IMG/VR virus record: IMGVR_UViG_3300042346_000126 | Direction: 5' to 3' (one strand) | Source: an uncultured virus (IMG/VR IMGVR_UViG_3300042346_000126) | Lineage: Duplodnaviria; Heunggongvirae; Uroviricota; Caudoviricetes | DNA length: 64,000 nt | Shown: piece after piece, positions 42,200 through 51,399 of the stretch | How the letters are laid out: each line of letters begins with the position of its first letter | Numbering within the stretch: the stretch's first letter is position 1 | Notes under the pieces: model-generated | Told to the model about the DNA's origin: nothing | What the model saw: the letters and a program-made list of their open reading frames with translations, nothing else | Databases searched by the model: none | Translations under genes and position numbers: made by a program

Positions 42200-44676
42200 G
42201 CTATCTCTTGTCGATATAAATCAACTAGGCCTTGGTGGAGATCAACCTTACCGTCTAACATAGCGTACACCCGACGCTCCACGGGGCTACCCTGCAGCCG
42301 AACTACCGTTACTTTATTGACCTGCCCTGCCCTGTGCGCCCGAGCATTGCCTTGCAGATACAACTCAGCGGAGGGCACTGGCCCCCACCACACTACCGTA
42401 TCGGCTTTGGTAAGCGTGATCCCGTGCGCGGCTGCTTGTGGGACTAGTAAGAGCGCCTTGGGGCGCTCCTCTGTCTGAAACCGTTTGATGGACTCTGCCC
42501 GCTGCCCTGCCGACACGCCACCGTGGATAGACTCCGTAGCAATACCTGCCTTGGCAAGGGCTTGCTCCAGCATTTCTAGGGCATGGCGAAACGGCACAAA
42601 CACAATGACCTTGTGGTCGGTTTGTTCAATCACATCCAGTAGCTCATTCACCCGGTTGCTTACGTCAAACTCAATGACTTCCCTATCCGTCGTATAGGCG
42701 GCCCCACAGTTATGGACAATGAGGTGCTCTCCGTTATGCCCGCGAACCACGAACCTACTACGGGGGCCACAATTTAAGAGGTCGTAAACCCGTTCCGTCC
42801 CGGCGTAGTGAGGGCTTTCTCCAGCGGCCAACCGTAACGTTTCAGTCGTGCACTTAGGGTCACCGTCTTTAGCCCGTAGGCCCGTGCGGCCTGCGCCACA
42901 GTCATACGCCCTTTTGGCGTATCTATCCAACGGTTGAACCGTGTATTGTTGGCTTGCTCCGTAGCCGTAGCCCATCGACAATTCTTTGGGCTGTACGGCC
43001 CCTCTACGTTGATCCGATCCAGCGTCAAGCTCTCGGCGTATCCCTCCTGCATGTCGGCCCAAAAGTTCTCGAAAGAATCCGCCCAATGTTTGCACACAGT
43101 TATCCCACGCGCTCCATAGTTTCGGTAATCTTTGTCTTTTGGGTCTAAACATCTCCGCCGCATACCGGACCATATGCGATACGGGCGTGCCTGTGTCATT
43201 TTGTGCGTTTCGTTCCCGTGGTGGCACCCACAACTTCTTGGATGCACGCGCTTCGTATTGCGAAGATACTGGCTCTGCCGCTCCACAATCGCTCCGCAAT
43301 CGCACTGGCACGCCCATTTTGCACACTGAGTGCCGCGCAGGGCTGATACTGCTCGCGCCAGTACCGTCAGGAAACCGAACCTTTGCCCAGTCAAGTCTAA
43401 TGCCCGACGAGCGGGATTTGAGTATGTCATCTGCCGTTGCCCACCCATCATTTGTAAGTACCTTATGCTCTGCGGTCATACGAACCCCGGCAATGGCAAC
43501 CAGAGGCTTTACCCCTCTGAATATTGCCCCTTGCTGGGATACCCATTCCACTCCATCCCAAACGTGATGCTGCGGAGTAACAAGTTGGATTGGTATCCAG
43601 CCTGCGTCAGTTAAGACTTCGGTATTGTACGCTATACATGATATCTGCAATAATTTATTCAACAGCCCCGCTGCATTGACCGCGGTAATCTCCGCACCTG
43701 CAGCAACAGCCACCATAGACTTGCGGACCTCCTCGTAGTATTTCATTTGCTGTACGGTTAACGGTACATCCCGAGTGGTGTACAACAAGTCAGGGAGGTC
43801 TAAGCACTCAGCCTTGGTGAAGCGTATCGCGGGCTGCAGTACCTTGAACACGGTATCCTGTGCGGTAACTTTAGGAGCCCATTTGAAGTTGGTGATTTTG
43901 TACATAACCAAGTCGCGGAACGCCCCAAAGAACTTTGGCACTACGCTGGGGTTGACCAGCTTAGCCAGCCCATATGCATCCGTAGGCGACTGCGAGGCAG
44001 GGGTGCCGGTCATAAGCCAGAGCCGGGTCGTGGGCTTAATCAGGCTGTGCAAAGCCTTCCAACGGTCTGTTGTAGTGCTCTTTACTGCAGTTGCTTCATC
44101 TACGATAACAAGATCGAACCCACCAGCCGCAAGCTCTTCGCGTACTACCTTCACCCCGTCAAAGTTGATGATGACGAACTCGTAGTCTCCGCTAATCAGT
44201 TGCTGCCGTTTGGCTTTACTACCTGTAGCAATTGCCACGGTTCTGTGCATAAGCGTACGGAACAAGTCAGCCCGCCATGCGGTGTCCATGATGGACACGG
44301 GACAGACGATAAGCACCCGCTTGATCTCGCCTTGCAGCATGAGGTAATCCGCAGCCCATGCCGCTGCACTGGTCTTGCCCGTCCCCGCCTCAGAGAGCAC
44401 AAGGCACCGTGGGTGGGTAGCGAGGAACGCTGCGGTAGTACGTTGATGGTCGAATGGGGTATACACCCCGGGCCACTTGTACCTGCCCGTTATGGGGTGC
44501 GGTACGTTTTTGATCTGCAGGTTGCGCAGAAGCTTCGCCTCTACATGGCCCCAGTTAACGAGGATTTTGGCTTGGTCGCCGTTGCGGGCGAGCACCTTGC
44601 TTTTCGGAATCAATGCAGTGATCTGGTCTGCCTTGCGGGTCACAAACTGTAGCGCCCGATTGTCTATTATCTGCAC
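42196..44676 (-). CDS. SNF2-family helicase, intein-containing
   Basis: EAGTGKT, VDEAT, MTGTP, HGITLT, QGNARAHRAGQ; GTG start at 44676 with AAGGA RBS. Confidence 0.92.
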   Translation of the reverse strand: MQIIDNRALQFVTRKADQITALIPKSKVLARNGDQAKILVNWGHVEAKLLRNLQIKNVPHPITGRYKWPGVYTPFDHQRTTAAFLATHPRCLVLSEAGTGKTSAAAWAADYLMLQGEIKRVLIVCPVSIMDTAWRADLFRTLMHRTVAIATGSKAKRQQLISGDYEFVIINFDGVKVVREELAAGGFDLVIVDEATAVKSTTTDRWKALHSLIKPTTRLWLMTGTPASQSPTDAYGLAKLVNPSVVPKFFGAFRDLVMYKITNFKWAPKVTAQDTVFKVLQPAIRFTKAECLDLPDLLYTTRDVPLTVQQMKYYEEVRKSMVAVAAGAEITAVNAAGLLNKLLQISCIAYNTEVLTDAGWIPIQLVTPQHHVWDGVEWVSQQGAIFRGVKPLVAIAGVRMTAEHKVLTNDGWATADDILKSRSSGIRLDWAKVRFPDGTGASSISPARHSVCKMGVPVRLRSDCGAAEPVSSQYEARASKKLWVPPRERNAQNDTGTPVSHMVRYAAEMFRPKRQRLPKLWSAWDNCVQTLGGFFRELLGRHAGGIRRELDAGSDQRRGAVQPKELSMGYGYGASQQYTVQPLDRYAKRAYDCGAGRTGLRAKDGDPKCTTETLRLAAGESPHYAGTERVYDLLNCGPRSRFVVRGHNGEHLIVHNCGAAYTTDREVIEFDVSNRVNELLDVIEQTDHKVIVFVPFRHALEMLEQALAKAGIATESIHGGVSAGQRAESIKRFQTEERPKALLLVPQAAAHGITLTKADTVVWWGPVPSAELYLQGNARAHRAGQVNKVTVVRLQGSPVERRVYAMLDGKVDLHQGLVDLYRQEIA
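42709..43638 (-). mobile_element. intein (310 aa) in SNF2 helicase
   Basis: Block A CIAYNTEVLTDAGW, block B MTAEHKVLT, blocks F/G VYDLLNCG...LIVHN followed by Cys+1. Removal restores LLQIS-CGAAY. Confidence 0.93.
42774..43430 (-). CDS. HNH-like homing endonuclease nested in the +1 frame inside the helicase intein
   Basis: DLTGQRFGFLTV, CQCDCG, SCGC, WSGMRRRC, YGARGITVC, LDRINVEGPYSPKNCRWAT, C-terminal HTH. Alternative start at 43451. Confidence 0.88.
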   Translation of the reverse strand: MTYSNPARRALDLTGQRFGFLTVLARAVSALRGTQCAKWACQCDCGAIVERQSQYLRNTKRVHPRSCGCHHGNETHKMTQARPYRIWSGMRRRCLDPKDKDYRNYGARGITVCKHWADSFENFWADMQEGYAESLTLDRINVEGPYSPKNCRWATATEQANNTRFNRWIDTPKGRMTVAQAARAYGLKTVTLSARLKRYGWPLEKALTTPGRNGFTTS

Positions 44677-44696
44677 GGGAAATCCTTTCACGGACG

Positions 44697-44726
44697 AAAA
44701 AAGCACGGTAGGGTGAACTACCGTGC
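44697..44726 (-). terminator. rho-independent terminator just upstream of the helicase gene
   Basis: GCACGGTAG-6 nt-CTACCGTGC-TTTTTT on the minus strand. Confidence 0.7.
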
Positions 44727-44780
44727 AAAAACCAACACTCAGGAGAGACGCCAAATGACAAGCGTCTCCGGGATACTACT

Positions 44781-45053
44781 CTACTTAGCGGCTTCCCGCT
44801 TGCTTGTTTGCGACTTCAGCGTCCCGGTCTTGGTGCGGGAGAAGCTTCGGTTGTTCTTTGCGGGTACGGCTCTAAGGTTACTTAGGCTCGTAGCGCCCCC
44901 TTTGGACATAGCCTTCTTATGGTCTACGTCTACGTTATCTGGCAGGGTGCCATGAGCCTTTTCGTAGATGCGACGCGCCCTATGCCGCTCTGCTTGAGCC
45001 TTAAGCTGCTTTGGCGTGCCTTGATAATTTTTATACTCGCTATTTATAATCAC
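44781..45053 (-). CDS. small HNH endonuclease
   Basis: DVDHKKAMSKGG...SNLRAV...NNRS. Confidence 0.8.
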   Translation of the reverse strand: MIINSEYKNYQGTPKQLKAQAERHRARRIYEKAHGTLPDNVDVDHKKAMSKGGATSLSNLRAVPAKNNRSFSRTKTGTLKSQTSKREAAK

Positions 45054-45730
45054 GCGGTTTCGCCATGATCGTTCTCCTTTTCTCCTTGCACATCGAACAA
45101 GGTACGTGGTTTGGTAGTCATAGGTTCCGGTCTAATTCTACGTTCCTGCGGGGGCGTACCCCATTTATCTTTAGGCCACCCCGCAGCTATGCGGTGGGTA
45201 AGGGTCGAATACTTTATGCCTAAAGCGATTGCCAATTCTGGATACGTTTTACCGTCCACAAGGGGTACGTTACGTCGATTCTTTGACTGAGCAGATCGCA
45301 GTATCCAGCGACAGTTAGCGGGTTCGTAAGAGCCCTCCGAAGAAATCCTATCTATAGACCCTAGCGCCCCATATGGGGAGGGCCCCATCGAACTATAAAA
45401 CCCTTCAAAGGTATCCCATGCAGCGCATACGTATATGCCACGCCCCCCATACAGCGCATAGTGTGGGTGCTTGGTATACAGGCAACGTTTTCGCATAGCA
45501 GTCCAAACCCTAAATTCAAAGCTATGGGTAAGGCCATGGGTAATCGAGGCTAGATAGGGCCTGCAGGCCATACACCCAGACTTTGCCGCTACCAAAACAG
45601 ATTTACGAACCGTTGCGGCACTGCCACAAGAACAATTGCATACGTAATACTGTTCGTTCCCTCGCTTATCCGCTACGGACAATACTTTCCACTTGCCGTA
45701 TACACGTCCGATTACTATTTGTGTTCGCAT
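45050..45730 (-). CDS. free-standing HNH-like homing endonuclease (same family as 42774-43430)
   Basis: CNCSCG, WTAMRKRC, YGGRGIYVC, IDRISSEGSYEPANCRW. Confidence 0.85.
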   Translation of the reverse strand: MRTQIVIGRVYGKWKVLSVADKRGNEQYYVCNCSCGSAATVRKSVLVAAKSGCMACRPYLASITHGLTHSFEFRVWTAMRKRCLYTKHPHYALYGGRGIYVCAAWDTFEGFYSSMGPSPYGALGSIDRISSEGSYEPANCRWILRSAQSKNRRNVPLVDGKTYPELAIALGIKYSTLTHRIAAGWPKDKWGTPPQERRIRPEPMTTKPRTLFDVQGEKENDHGETA

Positions 45731-46377
45731 GCGTCCTCCGATAAAGGGCAAAACTTACAAAGTCCTGAGGGGCGAGCGTTCCATACCCCTGCTTCTAAGG
45801 CAGCCTCAATCATACTTGCATGGCCTGCCCACTTGGAGAAAATTTCAGGTAGCTGAGCGCGTGTGTACTCTGCTTTGACTGCATCCTTGGCAACCACGAA
45901 TAGAAGGACACCCTTAACGGTGTTGATCTTTGGGTAGTGTGCCATGACCATAGCGGCCATAAGCTCTAGCTGATCTGTATCTGCATAGCGACTGGACTTG
46001 CCAGTCTTGTAATCTACGACTCGCGCAATGCCTTTGTCGTGGTTAAGTGCGAGATAGTCGGGCAACCCGCGGAACCATACATCCGGGGCAAAAAATTCGC
46101 ATGGTGTGAAGTCTTTACGAATCCCGAGTTTGAGTTCGCATTTGATCTCTCCGGGGATTTTGGTGAGAGGTTCCACGAAAGGCAGGTAGTGTTGAAAAGC
46201 TTCTGGTAGTGGGGTGCCGTCTTTGACATAATTCTCGAATGCAGTATGCACCGCCGTTCCGTAAAGGGTAGCTGTGGTGTCGCCTTGTTTGTATTGCTTC
46301 AGAATACGAACCACATGGTACTTGCGAGCGCAATTTTGGAAATCCTTGATCGCGCTATAGGAAAATGCGAGTGCCAT
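45715..46377 (-). CDS. PD-(D/E)XK RecB/Cas4-like exonuclease
   Basis: SYSAIKDFQNC, GTAVH, PD...DYKTGK, QL, CKFCP..C. Confidence 0.88.
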   Translation of the reverse strand: MALAFSYSAIKDFQNCARKYHVVRILKQYKQGDTTATLYGTAVHTAFENYVKDGTPLPEAFQHYLPFVEPLTKIPGEIKCELKLGIRKDFTPCEFFAPDVWFRGLPDYLALNHDKGIARVVDYKTGKSSRYADTDQLELMAAMVMAHYPKINTVKGVLLFVVAKDAVKAEYTRAQLPEIFSKWAGHASMIEAALEAGVWNARPSGLCKFCPLSEDACEHK

Positions 46378-46418
46378 GTGTGTTCTTTATTCAGTTGATT
46401 GGGACTGTATTTTAACAG

Positions 46419-48254
46419 TCAGCAGTCGCCCAGTGTGTAGCCAAACCCACCTTCAGCACCCAGCGGTAGCTCTTGTGCCCAGCTTGGCGGCGTACATAAT
46501 GCGTCAATTGAAAACTGCAGCGCCGCTGCGCCGTCCGCTTCTAGTGCAACGAAATACTCCGCGTCATGAATCGTCAAGGCAACCGGATACTTCTTGGCTG
46601 TGCGCAACATCCCGTCCCCCATCACGCACCTAGCCAACGCTTGTGTGAGGCCTTGAAATACCTTGGCACCATACAGCTTCTCCGCACCTTTGCGTGTGTA
46701 GTATTGCCAATGCGCTCGAACAACTTCCCCACCCTCAGGGGGTGTCTCGGTAACCATGACCTTCTCTAGCCCCGGGTACTTCATGAACATACCTGACGGC
46801 AGTCTGCACCCAGCCTTACCGTGCACCTTGATCACATCACGAGTACCATAATCCATCAGTTGATCTGCGGCTACGCTTTGTAGGACTTTCTCCCCCAGCT
46901 TCCACGCTTTTGCTACGAGGTGGTACTCTTGACGATACAGGGCCACAATACGCTGAGCCTCCTCTTCCCCAATGTCTACGCCCGAACCCTGTTTGATGGC
47001 AGCACGCAGCTTCTTGTGGCCGACACCATAAATAAGCGACAACTGTGATGTCTTGCCAATGAACCGCTGATCCTTTGTAATCTCATCGTATGGCGTGTCG
47101 AACACCTTGGATGCGAAGTCTTTGTATAAGTCCTTGCCGTCTGCTAGTAGCTCCAACTTATCCAACTGACCAGCGAACCACAAACCAACACGTAACTCAA
47201 TATTAGACAAGTCGACACCAACAAGCACATGACCAGCAGGTGCGCGGATAGCGTACTTCAGTTTGGACACCCGTGGAATGTTCTGCATATTGTAGACCTC
47301 ACCCGACCAGCGACCCGTACGAGCACCGTAGTACTTCAGCGGTACCGGGAGCTTACCGCGCTTTGCGGTTGCGATAAACAACTCTGTGCGTGTTTCCTCC
47401 AGCGTAGATTTGGCACCCAGCCTAGCTGCAGCCAGCGCCTGAATCACCGGGTTGGGGTGTTCGGCTAGCGCTTTCATGCCTTCGTCTGTCTTAGCCAGCG
47501 CCCATGTTTCTTTGCCGGTAGTCGGGCTGATCTTGCGCGGCGCTACCACACCCATGCGCTCCAGCAATGCAGCAAACTTAGGGTTTGACGATAGCTCCTC
47601 TTGTGCCACACCAGCGTTGATCAGTAAATTGGTCTTCATGTGCTTTACCTCATGCAGATGGGCTTCCAGTGCGTCCATGTCCAACTCCAACACCGGCTGA
47701 ATGAACATACGCAGTGTCATGTCAATGAGTTTTAGCTCCTTCTTGGGGAACCCCTCGCGCATGAAGTTCTGAAAGATAGCCTCGCACAACACCACATCAT
47801 GAGCACAGTACGCAGCTAGCTCCTCCTCAATACGCGGGGATAACTCTGTCAGTCCGTTCGTGTCATATACAGCCTTACCTTTGGGCGGCAGTCCATAGTG
47901 ATCGGCCAACCTAGCCAGTGAACCGCCAGCGTCCACACCACGTAGCGCCCGCGCCATCGACAACGTATCGAACAGCACAGCAGGCACAGCGCCATATACC
48001 CATGCAAGGATCGCATTGTCAAACATGCTGTTGTGCGCAACTGTAGCCGTATTGCCCCAGTCAACCGATGCGGCCCACGCAGGGATATCGTCGTGGGAAA
48101 TCCACTTGGGCGGCTCTGCGCTATTCAGTTCCTTCACGCACAGGCCAAATGCCTTGAACCGTGGGTCGCGTATGTAGGCTTCTCCTGACAGCTTACTCAA
48201 TGTGTAGTTAGTTGAATCCCACACAGTTTCAAAGTCGATAACTAATGTTTTCAT
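46419..48254 (-). CDS. DNA polymerase family A with 3'-5' exonuclease
   Basis: IDFET, HNSMFD, YCAHD; TGRWSG, DLSNIELR, RFIGKTSQLSLIYG, TIHD. Confidence 0.93.
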   Translation of the reverse strand: MKTLVIDFETVWDSTNYTLSKLSGEAYIRDPRFKAFGLCVKELNSAEPPKWISHDDIPAWAASVDWGNTATVAHNSMFDNAILAWVYGAVPAVLFDTLSMARALRGVDAGGSLARLADHYGLPPKGKAVYDTNGLTELSPRIEEELAAYCAHDVVLCEAIFQNFMREGFPKKELKLIDMTLRMFIQPVLELDMDALEAHLHEVKHMKTNLLINAGVAQEELSSNPKFAALLERMGVVAPRKISPTTGKETWALAKTDEGMKALAEHPNPVIQALAAARLGAKSTLEETRTELFIATAKRGKLPVPLKYYGARTGRWSGEVYNMQNIPRVSKLKYAIRAPAGHVLVGVDLSNIELRVGLWFAGQLDKLELLADGKDLYKDFASKVFDTPYDEITKDQRFIGKTSQLSLIYGVGHKKLRAAIKQGSGVDIGEEEAQRIVALYRQEYHLVAKAWKLGEKVLQSVAADQLMDYGTRDVIKVHGKAGCRLPSGMFMKYPGLEKVMVTETPPEGGEVVRAHWQYYTRKGAEKLYGAKVFQGLTQALARCVMGDGMLRTAKKYPVALTIHDAEYFVALEADGAAALQFSIDALCTPPSWAQELPLGAEGGFGYTLGDC

Positions 48255-48544
48255 GCAAGCACCTTGAGAACTGCGCTTAATGCATCATAGTTGTCCTCGT
48301 TAATCACCATAGCAATACCGCCTGCCTCTTTGATAGCTTGTAGCTCCCGGTCTTGCAGTACCGTAGTCTTGCCCTTGCCTGCCTTGCACTCAATAGCGAG
48401 GAACTTTCCGTTAACGCAGCAGATGATATCGGGGACTCCCGAGCGCCCGTACCCGCCCGTAGCCGGGGGGAAGTGGTATACCTCATGCGCATCAAGTATG
48501 CGCTTAACCGCTGCTTTTACTGCGGCTTCAGGAGTTTGTGCCAT
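48251..48544 (-). CDS. VRR-NUC domain nuclease
   Basis: PEAAVK, GVPDII, AIECKA, LQ. Confidence 0.85.
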   Translation of the reverse strand: MAQTPEAAVKAAVKRILDAHEVYHFPPATGGYGRSGVPDIICCVNGKFLAIECKAGKGKTTVLQDRELQAIKEAGGIAMVINEDNYDALSAVLKVLA

Positions 48545-48758
48545 TTGGTATCTCCTTGTACTGTAGTTCTAATATTAGTTGGCAGTAGTGCAACGCCTTG
48601 CGGACATCGGCAGCACCGTTCTTGTTCTTGTGGCGTGTGATGTACTTGACCACGTTGCCTTGCAGGAAGTCCAGTTCATTAGCGTGAATGAATTCGATGG
48701 GTTGAATCTTCATCTTCCGGTAATGGTCGCCGCCTTCTTGAATGTCTAATGCGCTCAT
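48528..48758 (-). CDS. DUF3310-like protein
   Basis: GGDHY...IQPIEFI...GNVVKYITR..KNG..DVRKALHY. Confidence 0.85.
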   Translation of the reverse strand: MSALDIQEGGDHYRKMKIQPIEFIHANELDFLQGNVVKYITRHKNKNGAADVRKALHYCQLILELQYKEIPNGTNS

Positions 48759-48928
48759 TTCCAATCATCTTTCTGTAGTTCGTTAACCAGCTTGGCTTCC
48801 CTAAGCGCAAGCCGTAATTTGGCGTTCCGCTCCACAACATCTATTAGTTGCTTGTGCAGTGTGTATGCCAGTTTGTTAATTTCTTCCCGAGTCCACGTTT
48901 CAAATGCGGGGGTGTTCTGATCGTGCAT
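48755..48928 (-). CDS. small coiled-coil hypothetical protein (57 aa, not in ORF track)
   Basis: MHDQNTPAFETW...DDWK; ATGA overlap with next gene; GGAG RBS. Confidence 0.55.
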   Translation of the reverse strand: MHDQNTPAFETWTREEINKLAYTLHKQLIDVVERNAKLRLALREAKLVNELQKDDWK

Positions 48929-48954
48929 TTACCGTCTCCGTTACAAAGAAAGCG

Positions 48955-49368
48955 CTAATTGTGCCCGCCCGCATACATGCTATACAGCGCTTTTTGCATT
49001 GCCTCCGGGTTAACCCTAGGGTTAACTTCTTCCGCCGCGTCGAGCGCATCACAAATTACACGGGCTTGCAGTGGGTCATAGGTACCCGCAGTAAGTAGTT
49101 GTACGCATGCATCTCGACCCGTCTGCATGGTCCGAATAAGCTCTTCCAGCTTAGTCCCTCGGTCTGTGGTTTCGATGCATGCCGCTACGATCATGGGTCC
49201 CAGCGTAGCTACGATAGCACCCAGACGTTCCTGATACTCATCCTCAGGAGTCATCATGTACAGTGAAATCTTGGATGTAAGTAAAAGACTTCTCAACTTC
49301 TGCCGTGCAACAGCCCGCGCTATGGGGTTGGTTGCTGTGTCCTTGGTAACCACACGGATGTAAGTCAT
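48955..49368 (-). CDS. hypothetical protein
   Basis: Coupled ORF. Confidence 0.7.
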   Translation of the reverse strand: MTYIRVVTKDTATNPIARAVARQKLRSLLLTSKISLYMMTPEDEYQERLGAIVATLGPMIVAACIETTDRGTKLEELIRTMQTGRDACVQLLTAGTYDPLQARVICDALDAAEEVNPRVNPEAMQKALYSMYAGGHN

Positions 49369-49568
49369 TTTTTTGGGTGCTCAAAAGTTGGTAGTGGAAA
49401 CCAGTGCGTGAACCCGTCACCCTTGTGGTGAACTCTGGTGTATGCCACGCCTTGCGCACGCTCTATAAGCTGCATCCGGCAACCGATAGGCGTGTTCTTA
49501 TCAATCGGTATCCACTTCACATCCGGCGCAACCACTGCCGCGCCATCGCTGCTTATCTTGTGAGTCAT
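49365..49568 (-). CDS. hypothetical protein (DUF551-like WIP...THW.PLP)
   Basis: KWIPIDKNTP...FTHWFPLP. Confidence 0.65.
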   Translation of the reverse strand: MTHKISSDGAAVVAPDVKWIPIDKNTPIGCRMQLIERAQGVAYTRVHHKGDGFTHWFPLPTFEHPKK

Positions 49569-49753
49569 GTGTACTCCTTTGGTCGCCGCACTGACTGCGG
49601 TATCGTTTCGTTAGCCGTGACAATCTCTACTGTGTTGTACCGGTGACCACAGGCCGTGCAGAGGTGAACCCGGTAAGTTGTCGCAGCAGACTTGCGGGAC
49701 TCGACAATGCGGGTGTCGTCTGTGCTGGTGCAATCGTCGTTTATGCACTGCAT
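49565..49753 (-). CDS. NrdR-N-like zinc-ribbon protein
   Basis: MQC...C...TRIVESR...CTACGHRYNTVE. Confidence 0.7.
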   Translation of the reverse strand: MQCINDDCTSTDDTRIVESRKSAATTYRVHLCTACGHRYNTVEIVTANETIPQSVRRPKEYT

Positions 49754-50109
49754 ACCAACCCTCCCCACATACCCGCTTGTTGCCGTAACTCTGCGTAGGC
49801 CCGAGCCTTTGCCTGCACTGCCGCTGCCTTGGCTTCTTTCGCTGCTTTGGCGGCTTCGGCTAACGCACGCTTGCCTCTGGGCTTGCTTGCTGCGTCGGGC
49901 GCATTGCCAAGGGCATAAATGGGTGTGTTGCGACCCGGCCCGTTGCCCGTGAACAGTATCCAATCCATGATGTGGACTTCTCGCTGTTCGCGCAGGCTTT
50001 TAAGCTGTGAGCTAATTGACGGCGGGCTAAGTTCAACGCGTGCGCCAAGTTGCGCTGCTGTCATCGGGCCGTGCCGCGTCAGTGCTTCCCTGATTGATTG
50101 CATGCTCAT
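49741..50109 (-). CDS. winged-helix DNA-binding protein
   Basis: GPMTAAQLGARVELSPPSISSQLKSL. Confidence 0.65.
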   Translation of the reverse strand: MSMQSIREALTRHGPMTAAQLGARVELSPPSISSQLKSLREQREVHIMDWILFTGNGPGRNTPIYALGNAPDAASKPRGKRALAEAAKAAKEAKAAAVQAKARAYAELRQQAGMWGGLVCSA

Positions 50110-51050
50110 GGCTTTGCTCCTATGCCGTGGTGGGCTTCGATTGCGCGAACAAAGTCAACTACAGTTACTGTATCCAACGCAATTCCGTAAGACTTATCTG
50201 CAAACATTGTTCTAGGCCAGCAGCGCAGAGCATGAATATTTAAAATATCCACCCTATTCAGAGGCTCACGCTTTTCAAGCGCTGCTACTTGCTGCGCCTT
50301 GTTACCCTCATTGATGAAGGAGACATCAGATTCCAGCATGTCGGCTGCTTCCAAGATTACTTCTTTCGGGCAATATTCGTGATTGAGTCGAAGGTCTGCA
50401 ATCAACTCCGCACGCTCACCGGCTGGTGGAGGGGCTGGGTGGGTGAACAGTGGTGTCACTTCGGCGTTGTGGTTTGTGCAGTCATCTACAAGCTGTCGAT
50501 CGTCAAGATCGCATACGGCGTATTGATTGTTTGCTTCGGCGACATAGACCATCCACGCCACAGGCTCTACCGCCTGCGCTGGTGGGGCTGGTGGGGCTGG
50601 GTGGGTGTAGAGCTTGGTGCCGACCGGCTGCATTACGTCAAGATAACCAATAGTCACCCCGTTTATGCATTGCACTGTAGCCACATGCTCCACCGCCTGC
50701 GCTTGCTCGGCTGGTGGGGCTGGGTGGGTGAATAAAGGAATCTCGCTTTCATCGTCTGTTTCGCGCCAATAATCTCCATTGTCCGAGTCAAAAACAAAAT
50801 GGAAGTAGCCAAATGGGCGCTGGCATCCGGCCAACGCCTCATGCTCATCGAAGCATTCGGCAGAATGTAGCTTTGGGCTGATACTTCCACAGTTATGACC
50901 CTTGCAAGGCTCCACCTCCTGCGCTTGCTCGGCTTCCAGTGCTTTGCGTAGCTCTGCGATATACACGCTTGTGTGGGGCTGATCTTTCCAAAGCGGCGAA
51001 TCCCAGCGGTCTACTACTGCTTGCGCTGCTTGCTGAAGTGGTGTGTTCAT
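50106..51050 (-). CDS. mosaic hypothetical protein with internal repeats
   Basis: Three (AQ)(A/E)VE(P/H)...L(F/Y)THPAPP modules. Confidence 0.7.
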   Translation of the reverse strand: MNTPLQQAAQAVVDRWDSPLWKDQPHTSVYIAELRKALEAEQAQEVEPCKGHNCGSISPKLHSAECFDEHEALAGCQRPFGYFHFVFDSDNGDYWRETDDESEIPLFTHPAPPAEQAQAVEHVATVQCINGVTIGYLDVMQPVGTKLYTHPAPPAPPAQAVEPVAWMVYVAEANNQYAVCDLDDRQLVDDCTNHNAEVTPLFTHPAPPPAGERAELIADLRLNHEYCPKEVILEAADMLESDVSFINEGNKAQQVAALEKREPLNRVDILNIHALRCWPRTMFADKSYGIALDTVTVVDFVRAIEAHHGIGAKP

Positions 51051-51250
51051 GATTTCAAGCTCCTGATTTTGTCGGCAATCTGATAGCCATCGAGTGCATA
51101 TTTAAACCCGCTTTCAGCGGCCATTGCGGCTTCTTCAAGTGCAGCATCTCGGCAGGCTTGGCCGTAGGCTATCGCCTCATGGTAGTGAAGGGCGTCAAAC
51201 CCGCAGGCTTGCTCTAGTGCTTTGTTTCTTGGTAGGGTCGGCAGGCTCAT
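51047..51250 (-). CDS. hypothetical protein
   Basis: MSLPTLP...AALEEAA...IADKIRSLK. Confidence 0.6.
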   Translation of the reverse strand: MSLPTLPRNKALEQACGFDALHYHEAIAYGQACRDAALEEAAMAAESGFKYALDGYQIADKIRSLKS

Positions 51251-51399
51251 TGCATCCTCGCTCTCTCGTTGATGCGCCACTTCCAGTCCCAGTAGGCTAA
51301 CGCCGGATCGCGTGCTACGCCAAGGCAACCCGCCCCACGGCAAAACCACATTTGGCAACGGTAGAGTGCCGACATTTCTTTGGTTATGCGGGGTTTCAT
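51247..51399 (-). CDS. hypothetical protein
   Basis: MKPRI...WFCRG...PALAYWDW; ATGA coupling. Confidence 0.55.
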   Translation of the reverse strand: MKPRITKEMSALYRCQMWFCRGAGCLGVARDPALAYWDWKWRINERARMQ

